A stretch of DNA of 64,000 nucleotides from Sphingobacteriales bacterium (GCA_004144175.1 SEFT01000011.1:55405-119404); one strand, 5' to 3'. Shown: positions 46,891 through 59,366, numbered from the stretch's first letter. Translations and numbers: made by a program. Notes: generated by a model from the letters alone, not told the origin.

Positions 46891-47781
46891 ATGACTACTG
46901 ATTTACTTGCAGGCCTGCGAAAGGTACTATTGACTACATCACTTTTATCAATCTGCATTGCTGCGGTGGGGCAAACACAGATACCCAATGGTGGCTTCGA
47001 GAACTGGAACGCTACCGGCATAAAAGCGCTCGCAGGCGGCTGGGTATTGTCCGACGAAACAGGCATGGGCTGCAAAACCCATACTTCTATACGCACTACC
47101 GATAAAGCAGCCGGTAACGCCGCCCTGCTGCTACAGAATGCCGATTGCGCATTCCGTAATCCGCATGAAGGTTTTGCTACTATCGACTTCGCGATGACAG
47201 GCAGGCCCGACTCATTGAAATTCATGTACAAGATGGAAGAAGTGAGTATGGATACGGCAAGTGTAATATTGTTCCTATGGCGCGATGTGAATGGTACAAG
47301 AGAGGCAGTCGCAGATTTTATTTACCCGATAAAAGGTAGCCAGTCGGAATACAAGCAAGTGTCGGTTACTATACCATACGTATCGAATGCCATGCCCGAC
47401 TCTGCTTTCATTTGGATAGCTTCTGATGGAGGACGTTTCCCTGCTATGGGAAATAAGCTATGGGTAGATGAGCTGCAATTTGTGTACGGGCAATTTCCTG
47501 CTTCGGTAAATAACATTACTCAACTTGTTGGCGATGTACGCGCATACCCTGTACCAGCGTTGCATCAGGTATCCATTAGTTACTGCCTGGCTACCAAAGG
47601 AAACGTAGCAATACGCATCTATGACGTTAATGGAAAAATACTGATGGAGACCATAAGTGAAGAGTTAGCCGGCCCGGTGATATCGAACGTCGAACTGAAA
47701 GACTTTACTCAGGGATTATACTTTTTTAGCGTACAGCCGCAAAGGGGTGAAAAGGTAATCGGGCAGTTTGTGAAACAGTAA
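46891..47781 (+). CDS. T9SS type-A cargo protein with carbohydrate-binding-like jelly-roll domain
   Basis: Signal peptide, QIPNGGFENW, RPDSLKFMYK, LWVDELQF; AYPVPA...GLYFF CTD. Confidence 0.82.
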   Translation: MTTDLLAGLRKVLLTTSLLSICIAAVGQTQIPNGGFENWNATGIKALAGGWVLSDETGMGCKTHTSIRTTDKAAGNAALLLQNADCAFRNPHEGFATIDFAMTGRPDSLKFMYKMEEVSMDTASVILFLWRDVNGTREAVADFIYPIKGSQSEYKQVSVTIPYVSNAMPDSAFIWIASDGGRFPAMGNKLWVDELQFVYGQFPASVNNITQLVGDVRAYPVPALHQVSISYCLATKGNVAIRIYDVNGKILMETISEELAGPVISNVELKDFTQGLYFFSVQPQRGEKVIGQFVKQ

Positions 47782-47866
47782 GTAAACCCAAACTAGAACA
47801 TAAGCATCGCGAAGCAATAAAACCCTGGCGGCTGTATTTACCGTAACTTTATATAAAAATAAACTT

Positions 47867-49183
47867 ATGGTAAAAAACCTTTACACTTCAAAACACTTCT
47901 TTTTTCTACTCTGCCTGTCGCTTATTGCCGGTATACAGCAAACACAGGCAGCACCCTACTGCACACCGGCTACAGGAACCGTATTTGCGTCTGCAATGGC
48001 AACTAATGTTATTACATCTATTAGCGTGCCTTACACGGGGCTTAGCAGCGCTATGGGTACCAATTCGAATGGCTATACATCTGTTGTGTTTGCAGGCTCC
48101 AATCCTAAATTTCATCAAGGTAGCACTTATGTAGTGAACGCCAACGTAGCCAGTGCAGGCGATGTAGCCGCCTGGATCGATTTTAATCGTGACAGCACGT
48201 TTCAAAATGTCGAGATGGTACCTATGACTATTTCAGGCACTACAGCTGTGGGTATGGTAACTGTACCGGCAACAGCGTCGTTAGGCACTACACGCCTCCG
48301 TATAATGGGTGCTGCCAGTCCTAATATACTGCTGGGCCCATGTGGCAATACAACACGCGGCGAGGCCGAGGACTATCTTATTGAGATCATTGTGCCTACT
48401 ACATGCGCTGCACCCTCAGCTCTTACATCAACGGGCGTAATAAGTACCTGGGGCAAGATGAAATGGACCGGGACTGCCAGTAGTTATGACTATGCCTTGG
48501 GAACCACGAAAAAAATACCCACAACTGTTACCAATACCACAGCTGATAGTGCGGTATTTACAGGACTGACTGGTGGTAGCAAATACTATTTCTATGTGCG
48601 TAGCATTTGTGGCAATACCGATTTTTCGGAATGGGCTTTAGATTCTTTTACTACCCCAGTGTGCATAGGTCCAGCATTTTCGATATCAAACATCACCGAT
48701 AGTAGCGTGATGTTTTCCTGGACGGCAGCGCCTGGAGCCATTGCTACCGAATACGCACTGAATACAAACGCTACCGGCCCTAACGGTGCATGGGGTCCAC
48801 CCCCGACTCCTGCAACGTTGTACAAGATTACAGGACTGTTGCCTAATAAACTATACTATGTGCACATGCGCAGCATTTGCCCCGGCAATGACAGTTCTGC
48901 TTGGAGAACAGGACCGTTTAGTACAACAAACCTTTCGGTAAGCAGCATACATGGCGGCTTGGCAACCTGCTACCCTAACCCGGTAAGAGGTGAGCTAAAT
49001 GTAGTATTGGCTAAAGACGCGGAAATTGTATTGTACGATCTTTCAGGAAGAGAATTTATACGTACAACCAGTGCAGACAACAAAGCCGTTATAGATATGA
49101 GGCACTATGACAATGGCATTTACTTCCTTAAATGCATCAGTGATCAGCAGTCTAGCACCATGCGGATACTGAAGGAAAACTAG
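47867..49183 (+). CDS. T9SS type-A cargo protein with GEVED and two fibronectin-III domains
   Basis: AWIDFNRDSTF...GTTRLRI...GEAEDY; two YY..VRSIC FN3 repeats; CYPNP CTD. Confidence 0.9.
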   Translation: MVKNLYTSKHFFFLLCLSLIAGIQQTQAAPYCTPATGTVFASAMATNVITSISVPYTGLSSAMGTNSNGYTSVVFAGSNPKFHQGSTYVVNANVASAGDVAAWIDFNRDSTFQNVEMVPMTISGTTAVGMVTVPATASLGTTRLRIMGAASPNILLGPCGNTTRGEAEDYLIEIIVPTTCAAPSALTSTGVISTWGKMKWTGTASSYDYALGTTKKIPTTVTNTTADSAVFTGLTGGSKYYFYVRSICGNTDFSEWALDSFTTPVCIGPAFSISNITDSSVMFSWTAAPGAIATEYALNTNATGPNGAWGPPPTPATLYKITGLLPNKLYYVHMRSICPGNDSSAWRTGPFSTTNLSVSSIHGGLATCYPNPVRGELNVVLAKDAEIVLYDLSGREFIRTTSADNKAVIDMRHYDNGIYFLKCISDQQSSTMRILKEN

Positions 49184-49200
49184 ACATTGACGCCATAATG

Positions 49201-49236
49201 ATAACGTAAGCCCTGCAATTGCGGGGCTTACGTTAT
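49201..49236 (+). terminator. Intrinsic terminator
   Basis: ATAACGTAAGCCCTGC-aatt-GCGGGGCTTACGTTAT. Confidence 0.85.
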
Positions 49237-49332
49237 TTAAATACATCCAAAAGACTCTCCCCAATTTGATCAAATCAGTAAACCGTACCACAAAACCAAT
49301 GTTTTTTACTATTTATCATTGTATAGTGGCCG

Positions 49333-49340
49333 TACCTTTG
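49333..49340 (+). promoter_or_regulatory. -7 promoter element close to the AraC start
   Basis: TACCTTTG 7 nt before the ATG. Confidence 0.55.
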
Positions 49341-49347
49341 GGTAGTA

Positions 49348-50244
49348 ATGAAAAAGGTAAAAAATACAATTCCGGTATATGATATATGCGCTCTGGAGCG
49401 CAGCAACAGCAGTACCAATAGCCAAATCATTGCCGAGCCTTTTGCAGAGTATCTGAAAGCCCATCCCAACCTGCATCTGGCGCACCGACATTCCTTTTAC
49501 CATATTGTATTATTTACCAAAGGTGGCGGGTTTCATACCATAGATTTTGAACGGTTTGATGTAACGGCAGGACAGATATACTTTATGATACCAGGGCAAG
49601 TACATAGCTGGAATTTTGAGGGAGAAACAGATGGTTTTGTCATCAACTTTTCGGAACACCTGTTTGAGCACTTTCTTGTCAGTAACGAATACCTGGAGGC
49701 GTTTTCGTTCTTCCAGGGCATAGCGGCCGATGGAGTTGTGCAGCTGCAACCAAAGGCATTAGCAGAAGCTCAGGAGATCATTCAAAATATAGTACGAGAC
49801 ATGGAGCAGCCGGACGCTTATACCAATGACTATGTGCGTGCATCTCTTATAGCCTTGTTTATCAGCGTAAGCAGGCAAGCATCGAGGACGATTGCGCCGA
49901 CTGCAAAGCCACACAACCAACTATTGCTGGTCAACTTCAGAAAGCTGGTGGACAAGTACTACAGCGACAAACGCTTGCCGAAAGACTATGCTGCCTTGCT
50001 ATACATTACACCCAATCACCTGAATGCCCTGTGCCAGGATATGATAGGAAAATCGGCAGGCGAAGTGATACGGGACAGGATACTATTAGAGGCTAAAAGA
50101 CTATTGATAAATGCCGACATGAATATCTCCCAAATAGCAGCAAAGCTGGAGTTCACAGACAACTCTCACTTCTCAAAGTTCTTTAAGAAGTATACGAACA
50201 GTACTCCAGAGGAATTTCGAAGAAAAGCGACAACTAACATTTAA
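49348..50244 (+). CDS. AraC-family regulator with cupin sensor
   Basis: HRHSFYH, GQVHSW, YAALLYITPNHLN, FSKFFKK. Confidence 0.95.
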   Translation: MKKVKNTIPVYDICALERSNSSTNSQIIAEPFAEYLKAHPNLHLAHRHSFYHIVLFTKGGGFHTIDFERFDVTAGQIYFMIPGQVHSWNFEGETDGFVINFSEHLFEHFLVSNEYLEAFSFFQGIAADGVVQLQPKALAEAQEIIQNIVRDMEQPDAYTNDYVRASLIALFISVSRQASRTIAPTAKPHNQLLLVNFRKLVDKYYSDKRLPKDYAALLYITPNHLNALCQDMIGKSAGEVIRDRILLEAKRLLINADMNISQIAAKLEFTDNSHFSKFFKKYTNSTPEEFRRKATTNI

Positions 50245-50256
50245 AGACAACATATT

Positions 50257-50682
50257 ATGTGTGCAAAAATAACAGGCTCCGAACCGGGCTTAGTGTACAG
50301 TGTATTGACCAATAAGTGCCCACGATGCAGGCAGGGCAACCTGTTTACAAATCCTAATCCTTACAACTTTAAAATCACGATGCGCATGCCCGAGCATTGC
50401 CCTGTATGTGGCCAGCAGTACGAGTTGCAGACCGGCTTTTTCTTCGGCACGGGCTATGTGAGCTACGGACTATCTGTGGCACTCATCGGGTTTATCTTTA
50501 TTGCCTGGACACTTACAGTTGGCTTATCTTATAAAGACAATAGCATCTTTTGGTGTCTTGGTGTTGCTGCCGCTACAACGCTATTACTACAGCCTGTGTT
50601 GCAGAGATTATCTCGCTCCATATGGATCGCATTTTTCGTACGGTACGATAGCACCTTTGTGAACAGCACAAAAACCACTTAG
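50257..50682 (+). CDS. DUF983 domain protein
   Basis: KCPRCRQG, HCPVCGQQYE..GFFFG..YVSY and two TMs. Confidence 0.88.
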   Translation: MCAKITGSEPGLVYSVLTNKCPRCRQGNLFTNPNPYNFKITMRMPEHCPVCGQQYELQTGFFFGTGYVSYGLSVALIGFIFIAWTLTVGLSYKDNSIFWCLGVAAATTLLLQPVLQRLSRSIWIAFFVRYDSTFVNSTKTT

Positions 50683-50723
50683 CAGATCAACTGGCAGTAC
50701 AATATTGTTCAACGCCTGCCTAT

Positions 50724-52759
<2,036 letters not shown>

Positions 52760-52783
52760 TACTAAATAAAAACAACAACGATA

Positions 52784-53842
52784 ATGACAACAACAAACGT
52801 AAAAGCATTCGGCACAGAAGCAGCCGACGCTGCATTAAAGCAACTCAAAATTAACCGCAGAACACCGACACCGCACGATGTAGAGATAGAGATACTGTAT
52901 TGCGGTGTTTGCCACTCCGACCTACACACAGCAAAAAACGAATGGCATGGTACCGTGTACCCCTGTGTACCCGGCCATGAGATAGTTGGCAAGGTAGTAA
53001 GCGTTGGCGACCATGTGAAGAAATTCAAAGTAGGTGACCTGGCCGCTGTGGGTTGCCTGGTAGATAGCTGCCGCGAATGCGACTACTGCAAAGAAGACCT
53101 GGAGCAGTATTGCGCTAACGGACATACACAGACCTACAACTCACCCGACAAACACATGCCCAGACAAACCACTTACGGTGGCTATTCGGAAAGCGTGGTA
53201 GTGGACGAAAGCTTTGTGCTGCGCGTACCGGAGAATCTCGACCTGGCTGCTACTGCGCCATTGCTTTGTGCTGGCATTACTACTTACTCCCCGCTGAAGC
53301 ACTGGAATGTTGGCCCAGGTAAGAAAGTAGGTGTGGTAGGCCTCGGCGGATTGGGACATATGGGTGTTAAGATTGCCAAAGCAATGGGTGCCGAGGTGAT
53401 CGTATTTACCACATCAGCATCAAAAGTAGAAGATGCAAAACGACTGGGTGCTGATGACGTAGTACTATCGAAAGATGAAGCGCAGATGACAAAGTATGCA
53501 GGCAAGCTGCATTTTGTGCTGGATGCTGTTTCAGCGGAGCATGATATCAATGTTTACCTGAACCTGCTACGTGTAGATGGTTCACTCGCGCTAGTAGGTG
53601 CCCCGGAGCAACCATTGCCGGTAGCTGCATTCAGCCTTATACCATACCGCAGAAGCTTCTCGGGCTCTATGATTGGCGGCATTGCTGAAACGCAGGAGAT
53701 GCTTGACTTTTGCAGCAAACACAATATTGTATCAGATATTGAGCTGATAAACATACAGCAGATTAATGAGGCTTACGAGCGATTGTTGAAAGGCGATGTG
53801 AAGTACCGCTTTGTGATAGACATGGCTTCGCTCAAGAACTAA
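52784..53842 (+). CDS. Zn-dependent NAD(P) alcohol dehydrogenase (cinnamyl-ADH/YahK type)
   Basis: CGVCHSD, GHEIVG, CRECDYC, PLLCAGITTY, GLGGLGH. Confidence 0.95.
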   Translation: MTTTNVKAFGTEAADAALKQLKINRRTPTPHDVEIEILYCGVCHSDLHTAKNEWHGTVYPCVPGHEIVGKVVSVGDHVKKFKVGDLAAVGCLVDSCRECDYCKEDLEQYCANGHTQTYNSPDKHMPRQTTYGGYSESVVVDESFVLRVPENLDLAATAPLLCAGITTYSPLKHWNVGPGKKVGVVGLGGLGHMGVKIAKAMGAEVIVFTTSASKVEDAKRLGADDVVLSKDEAQMTKYAGKLHFVLDAVSAEHDINVYLNLLRVDGSLALVGAPEQPLPVAAFSLIPYRRSFSGSMIGGIAETQEMLDFCSKHNIVSDIELINIQQINEAYERLLKGDVKYRFVIDMASLKN

Positions 53843-53863
53843 TAACAATAAGACAATATCAAT

Positions 53864-53905
53864 AAAAACAGAGAGACCTCTACATGTAGAGGTCTCTCTG
53901 TTTTT
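53864..53905. terminator. Bidirectional terminator, perfect 42-bp palindrome
   Basis: AAAAACAGAGAGACCTCTACATGTAGAGGTCTCTCTGTTTTT. Confidence 0.9.
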
Positions 53906-53918
53906 ATATAAATGTTCA

Positions 53919-54995
53919 TTAAAGTCTTTCGTATAATGCACGCAGGCGTTCACGGGTCATTTGCTGCTGCCAGTCTTTGCCCAGTGCATTTTCCCAAAGC
54001 GGCGCCATACCCAGCGATACGTTTATCATCGTATCGAACTGCTCATCGGTAAGGCCTTTAGTCACACCAACAGGAATGTCAATACCATTCTGCGCTACCA
54101 TCTGGTGGAATTCTTTTACGCCCTCGGGGTAGAACTCTTCAAGATGATTGAATACGATACAATTGCCAATGCCATGCTTCGTACCCAGCAGATAGCTAAG
54201 GCCGTAGCTCACCGCGTGTGCCACACCCACCTGCGAGTACGCAATGCTCATACCACCTGCATACGATGCCATCATCAATTTTTCGTCACTCTCGTCATTC
54301 CAGTCTTTCTGATGCAGGAATACTTCCTGGCATAACTCCAGTGCCTTCTCGCCATAAGAGCGGCTGAATGCGTTGATGAAGGTACCTTGCAACGATTCTA
54401 TGCAATGGATATAACAATCCATACCTGTGTAGAAACGCTGGTTCTTTGGTGCGCCCTTTATCAACTCGGGGTCCAGCACTATCTGGTCGAATGGTGTGAA
54501 GTCGGAGTTCATGCCCAGCTTACGCGTAGGGCCAGTAAGCACGCAGGTGCGCGACACCTCAGCACCTGTACCCGACAAAGTAGGTATGCCTGCTTTGTAT
54601 ACTGATGGATATTTTACAAGATCCCAACCCTGGTAGTCGTGTGCGTTGCCCGGGTTGGTCATCATGATAGATACAGCCTTTGCCAGATCGAGCGTAGAGC
54701 CGCCGCCAATGCCTATAATGCCGGATACATTGCCATGCTCATCTTTCAGCTGTTGTGCTATCTTATCTACATAGGTAGTCTTGGGCTCGTCGGTTACATC
54801 GGCTATTATCAATTCGTCACTGCCGCGCAATGGTATGCGCGCTTTGAATTGTTCGTCGTTCGCAAAATGGTGGTCGAGTAAAAAGACCATCGGTAGGTTG
54901 TCCTTGCGCTGCGGTGTCAATATCTCGTCCAGTTGGTTGAAACATCCCCTGCCATATACCACATAGTCCACCATTTTAAAGTTGCGAAACTTCAT
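53919..54995 (-). CDS. kdnB: Fe-ADH family enzyme, KdnB-like (Kdo 8-oxidase)
   Basis: GGGSTLDLAKAVS, YQGWDL, PTLSGTGAEVSRT, GMDCYIHCIESL, GGMSIAYSQVG.AHAVSYGL, EEFYPEGV match KdnB as I recall it. Confidence 0.75.
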   Translation of the reverse strand: MKFRNFKMVDYVVYGRGCFNQLDEILTPQRKDNLPMVFLLDHHFANDEQFKARIPLRGSDELIIADVTDEPKTTYVDKIAQQLKDEHGNVSGIIGIGGGSTLDLAKAVSIMMTNPGNAHDYQGWDLVKYPSVYKAGIPTLSGTGAEVSRTCVLTGPTRKLGMNSDFTPFDQIVLDPELIKGAPKNQRFYTGMDCYIHCIESLQGTFINAFSRSYGEKALELCQEVFLHQKDWNDESDEKLMMASYAGGMSIAYSQVGVAHAVSYGLSYLLGTKHGIGNCIVFNHLEEFYPEGVKEFHQMVAQNGIDIPVGVTKGLTDEQFDTMINVSLGMAPLWENALGKDWQQQMTRERLRALYERL

Positions 54996-55034
54996 ATATC
55001 CTGCTTGTAATTAGTATGATGAATAATAAGGTTG

Positions 55035-55042
55035 CAAAGTTA
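55035..55042 (-). promoter_or_regulatory. -7 promoter element for kdnB
   Basis: TAACTTTG on the minus strand just past the kdsB stop. Confidence 0.55.
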
Positions 55043-55048
55043 ACAGGA

Positions 55049-55792
55049 TTATTCTAATCCTGCCTTTTCCATAAATGCCTCTGCGCGCTGTATGTCTTCA
55101 GGCATGTCTATCTCTACACCCATATACGATGATATCACCATCTTGATAGGCACACCATTCTCAAGGAAACGCAGACATTCGATCTTCTCGGCCATCTCCA
55201 GCGGCGACTGCGGCCATTTGGTAAAGTTGAGCAGCGCTTGTTTGCGAAATGCATAAACGCCTATATGCTCGTAGTAAGTAATCCCCAGATCGCGATTGCG
55301 CAGGTATGGTATGGCGCTGCGTGAAAAGTACATCGCATTTTGACGGAGGTCGAGCGCCACTTTTACAAAGTTCGGGTCATGCGCCAGCTCTTCATCTTTC
55401 AGCTTTTGCACTATGGAAGCTACCTGTATATTCTTACCCGTTTCGTCGGCAAATACCTTTAGCAGCTTTTCCAACGGTGCTTTCTGTACGAAAGGCTCAT
55501 CACCCTGTACGTTTACAAATATATCAGCATCTATATCTTCGGCTATTTCGGCAATGCGGTCGGTGCCGCTTTCGTACTGGCCTTTGCTCATCACGGCTTG
55601 GCCGCCATATTGCTCTACTTCCTGCTTTATCTGCTCACTGTCCGTTACTACGATCACTTCGTCGAATAAGCCAGTATTAAGTGTAGACTCCAGCGTGCGA
55701 CGGATAACTGTTTTCCCTTTAATGTTGGCCAGCAGTTTTTCGGGGAAGCGTGTAGCCCCAAGGCGTGCCGGTATCATTGCAATTGCTCTCAT
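55049..55792 (-). CDS. kdsB: CMP-KDO synthetase
   Basis: IPARLGATRFPEK, SGTDRIAE, NVQGDEP, YFSRSAIP, HIGVYAF, EKIECLRFLE. Confidence 0.96.
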   Translation of the reverse strand: MRAIAMIPARLGATRFPEKLLANIKGKTVIRRTLESTLNTGLFDEVIVVTDSEQIKQEVEQYGGQAVMSKGQYESGTDRIAEIAEDIDADIFVNVQGDEPFVQKAPLEKLLKVFADETGKNIQVASIVQKLKDEELAHDPNFVKVALDLRQNAMYFSRSAIPYLRNRDLGITYYEHIGVYAFRKQALLNFTKWPQSPLEMAEKIECLRFLENGVPIKMVISSYMGVEIDMPEDIQRAEAFMEKAGLE

Positions 55793-55909
55793 TCAATTGT
55801 GGTTTTAAGTACAGTGAAAATAAGGATTAGAACATTAATATAGCGTCAGGGCCGTACTTATCAATATCATAAAATTGACAGCCGTGCTCTGAAAACATGG
55901 AAGATTAAG

Positions 55910-56299
55910 CTATTTCCGTTTCAGCATGCCCAATATCATCATAAGCCATCCGAGGATGAAGAATACGCCTCCTATGGGCGTAATAATTCCGATCCCGCGC
56001 AAGCCCACCACCTCATTCATTTTAAGCCAGGTAAGCAAGTACAGCGAACCGCTGAACATAAGAATGCCAATGATGAAAAACAAGGCCGATAGCCGCACCT
56101 GCTTAAAGGGAAAGGAGCCGTAGATAATGCCCGCGGCTAAGAGTGCAAAGCTGTGATAGAACTGGTATTTTACGCCTGTCTCAAATGTCACCAGCTGATC
56201 GGGGCTAAGTACTTCTTTTAAGGCATGGGCACCGAAGGCACCGAGTATTACGGCAAGGGCGGCAAAGAAAGCGCCCATCAGGATGGCCGGTCTGTACAT
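55910..56299 (-). CDS. DUF423 membrane protein
   Basis: GAFGAHAL, FETGVKYQFYH, FSGSLY, ITPIGG. Confidence 0.93.
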   Translation of the reverse strand: MYRPAILMGAFFAALAVILGAFGAHALKEVLSPDQLVTFETGVKYQFYHSFALLAAGIIYGSFPFKQVRLSALFFIIGILMFSGSLYLLTWLKMNEVVGLRGIGIITPIGGVFFILGWLMMILGMLKRK

Positions 56300-56796
56300 C
56301 TGGCTATGATTTGCGCAAAGGTAGCTACTGAGAGGTTCTCTACGTCCAAAATATAGTGGGCCTGCTCATAGTATTTTTTCCTTTTTTCGAGCAGTTCATG
56401 CAGGGTGGTTTTAATGTCTTTGCCCTGTAGCAGCGGACGGTTTAATTCGCTACGGCGCACATTCATCACCAACGTATCTATAGACGCTTTCAGATAAATG
56501 ACGTACCCCGCTGACTGCATTGCAGAAAGATTGTCATTAAATGCAGGCGTACCTCCTCCACAGGCTACGACGGTTGGCTGGTCTACGCTTTCCATAATTG
56601 TGAAAACTGCCTGTGTTTCCTTTTCCCGGAAAGCCGACTCGCCCTGACGCTCAAAAATATCGCTGATGCGCTGCCCTGCTCGCTGTTCTATGTACATGTC
56701 GAGGTCTATAAAATGCATATTCAGTGCATCAGCCATCTTTTCGCCCCAGTATGTTTTGCCTGCGGCGGGCATCCCTATCAGGAAGATCAGGTTCAT
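56278..56796 (-). CDS. aroK: Shikimate kinase
   Basis: GMPAAGKT, DLD, FREKE, CGGGTP, RPLL. Confidence 0.93.
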   Translation of the reverse strand: MNLIFLIGMPAAGKTYWGEKMADALNMHFIDLDMYIEQRAGQRISDIFERQGESAFREKETQAVFTIMESVDQPTVVACGGGTPAFNDNLSAMQSAGYVIYLKASIDTLVMNVRRSELNRPLLQGKDIKTTLHELLEKRKKYYEQAHYILDVENLSVATFAQIIARCTDRPS

Positions 56797-58046
56797 AGCT
56801 TGCCATGTATAAATTTCCAGATGGCTACAAGGGACATTTGGACGGCTACTTCTTTGTTGCGCGTGCGGTCGTAGTGCAGCTTGAACTTGCAGGTCCGGAC
56901 GTCATCTTTATCAGCTACGGCAATCCATATGGTACCTACCGGAACACGATCGTCTTCCCCACCGGGACTTAGCAGGCCTGTTATGCCAAGGGCGTAAGTA
57001 CTTTTCAACACCTTCAATGCGCCCTTAGCCATTTCTATGGCTGTTTCTTCACTCACCGCGCCATGCGCTTCCAGCGTTTCTTTCTTAACGCCTAATACCT
57101 CTTCCTTCACAAAGTTTTGATAGCACACAATACCGCCATTGAAGTAATGGGCCGAACCCATTATCTGGGTAATGAGGTGGGCTATATTGCCGCCCGTGCA
57201 GCTTTCCGCCAGCCCTACGGTAGCCTTCCGTTCTAGTAATAAGCGACCTATGATATGCTCCATCGGCAAGTCTTCCAGCGACACCACAATATCCTCCAGA
57301 CGGTTGGCTATCTCCTCCTGCCGCATTTCAATCTCCTTAACCAATGCTATTTCGTCTTTGCCCTTGCCTGTAAGGCGTAGACGAACCATATTGGGCGATG
57401 GCAGGTAGGCCAGCTTTATATGTGCCGGCAATGCAGCTTCCAGGTATTTAATGCGCTCGGCAAGGAAGCTCTCGCCCTCACCTACCGTGATAATGGAACG
57501 ATGTACCAATGCATCGCTAACAAACTGCATACGCAGGCGCGGTATTACCTCATCTTCCATTATAGCCATCATTTCGTAGGGTACGCCCGGCATGGCTATT
57601 ACGATTCTCCCCTCTTTCTCAAACAACATACCCGGAGCCGTACCCATACGGTTGAAGAGCACCGTGCAGCTATCAGGTACTTCTGCCTGTTTCAGGTTCA
57701 CATCCAGCATCGGGCGTTTGCGTTTTTCAAAGATGCCCTTCACATGCTCCAGTACACGCTCGTCTGTCACCATACTACCACCAAAGTATGAAGTCAGTAA
57801 TGGCTTAGTGATATCGTCGGCGGTTGGTCCGAGGCCACCTGTTATAAGTAATACTGAAACACGCGGCAATTCTTCATCTATTGCCTTACGGATGGCTTCT
57901 GCGTCATCGCCCACGGCCACCCTTCGTATCACCTCCATGCCGAAATCATTCAGCCTTTGTGATATCCAGGCCGAGTTTGTATCTATTGTTTGTCCTATCA
58001 GCAGCTCATCGCCTATGGTAATGATGGATGCTTTTGCGTTAGCCAT
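56793..58046 (-). CDS. cinA: CinA family nicotinamide-mononucleotide deamidase-related protein
   Basis: TIGDELLIGQTIDTNS, GGLGPTADD, PGVPYEM, AESCTGG, GAVSEE. Confidence 0.95.
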   Translation of the reverse strand: MANAKASIITIGDELLIGQTIDTNSAWISQRLNDFGMEVIRRVAVGDDAEAIRKAIDEELPRVSVLLITGGLGPTADDITKPLLTSYFGGSMVTDERVLEHVKGIFEKRKRPMLDVNLKQAEVPDSCTVLFNRMGTAPGMLFEKEGRIVIAMPGVPYEMMAIMEDEVIPRLRMQFVSDALVHRSIITVGEGESFLAERIKYLEAALPAHIKLAYLPSPNMVRLRLTGKGKDEIALVKEIEMRQEEIANRLEDIVVSLEDLPMEHIIGRLLLERKATVGLAESCTGGNIAHLITQIMGSAHYFNGGIVCYQNFVKEEVLGVKKETLEAHGAVSEETAIEMAKGALKVLKSTYALGITGLLSPGGEDDRVPVGTIWIAVADKDDVRTCKFKLHYDRTRNKEVAVQMSLVAIWKFIHGKL

Positions 58047-58057
58047 GTGTAGCTATA

Positions 58058-58471
58058 TTATTTGGTGAAGAATGGTTCGAGCCTCTTATGCAGCTCTTCG
58101 TGCATCTCTACTTTTTCTTTCTTCACAGGGTCGTAGAACACCAGTGTTGTAACGCCAACATTCAACAACTGTCCCTGCTCATTATACAGCTCCGAATGGA
58201 ACTGGATCTTGGGGCTGTCAGGTAATTGCTTCAGTATGGTCTTTACGGTAATGAGGTTATCATACAGCGCCGGGCGAAAGTATTTTACGTTCAACTCTAC
58301 CACAGGCATCATGACGCCCATCTCTTCCAGCTCGCGGTAGGTAAAGCCCAGCTGGCGGATGGCTTCAGCACGGCCTACTTCGTAGTACAGTGCATAATTG
58401 CCATAATAGAGATACCCCATCTGGTCGGTCTCTCCGTATCGTACACGTATCTCGGTAGTGGAAATATACAT
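58058..58471 (-). CDS. YbgC/FadM-family acyl-CoA thioesterase
   Basis: RVRYGETDQMGYLYYGNY..YYEVGR. Confidence 0.93.
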   Translation of the reverse strand: MYISTTEIRVRYGETDQMGYLYYGNYALYYEVGRAEAIRQLGFTYRELEEMGVMMPVVELNVKYFRPALYDNLITVKTILKQLPDSPKIQFHSELYNEQGQLLNVGVTTLVFYDPVKKEKVEMHEELHKRLEPFFTK

Positions 58472-58517
58472 TTAAGTCAAAAGTTAAAAGTCAAAACCAA
58501 AAAGTAGCGGGTGAAGA

Positions 58518-59300
58518 TCACTTAGTCAATATCGGCTTGTCGGCATCTTTCATTGAATAGATGGCGTTGGCTTGGTTAAGGCAGGTGAGCGTCAGGTCGT
58601 TGATGCAGACATGCGGTGGTAACGTGGCGCAGTAGTAAACTACATTGGCAATATCCTCTGCACTTAAAGGTTGCAGGCCTTCATATATACCCTTTGCTCT
58701 TGCTTCATCGCCTTTGAAGCGCACCAGCGAGAACTCTGTTTCTGCCATGCCGGGGTTAATGGCTGTTACCTTAATACTATACGGCAGCAGATCGATACGC
58801 ATCGATTGTGTGAGCGCGTCTACAGCAAATTTTGTAGCACAGTATACATTACCATTTTTATAGGCAGTCTTACCTGCCGTAGAGCCGATGTTGATGATAT
58901 GCCCGCTACCCTGCGCCTTCATCAAAGGTGCTACCTGGCGTGTGATGTAAAGTAAGCCTTTTATATTGGTGTCTATCATCGCTTCCCAGTCATCCACGCT
59001 ACCCTCTTCTATCGAAGACATACCTGCTGCAAGGCCGGCATTGTTCACCAGTATGTCTATACGGCTTGCTTGTTGTTTCAGGTCTGCTATCGCAGTTTCA
59101 ACCTGCTGCCTGTTCCTTATGTCGAAACAGAGCGTAATCACCTGCGTCTTGAACTGTTGTTGCAGGTCGGCCTTGATGGCATCCAGCCTTTCCTGGCGGC
59201 GGCCTGTTATGATGATGTTGTATCCATTTTGGGCAAAGAGGTAGGCTATTGCTTTACCGAAGCCCGAGGTGGCGCCGGTCACTAAGATGGTTCTGCTCAT
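58518..59300 (-). CDS. NADP-dependent SDR (YdfG-like)
   Basis: TGATSGFG, NNAGLA, YCATK, INPGMAETEFSLVRF, PPHVCIN. Confidence 0.93.
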   Translation of the reverse strand: MSRTILVTGATSGFGKAIAYLFAQNGYNIIITGRRQERLDAIKADLQQQFKTQVITLCFDIRNRQQVETAIADLKQQASRIDILVNNAGLAAGMSSIEEGSVDDWEAMIDTNIKGLLYITRQVAPLMKAQGSGHIINIGSTAGKTAYKNGNVYCATKFAVDALTQSMRIDLLPYSIKVTAINPGMAETEFSLVRFKGDEARAKGIYEGLQPLSAEDIANVVYYCATLPPHVCINDLTLTCLNQANAIYSMKDADKPILTK

Positions 59301-59366
59301 TAGTTGGTATTCAAGGCCGTAAAGATACCCTGCCTATGGGGCAATAACAAAAATGCAGTGTTATGG

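Noticed and set aside
53864-53905. Perfect 42-bp palindrome as a MITE or REP element
   Set aside because: Single copy seen, flanked by A/T runs between convergent genes; a bidirectional terminator explains it
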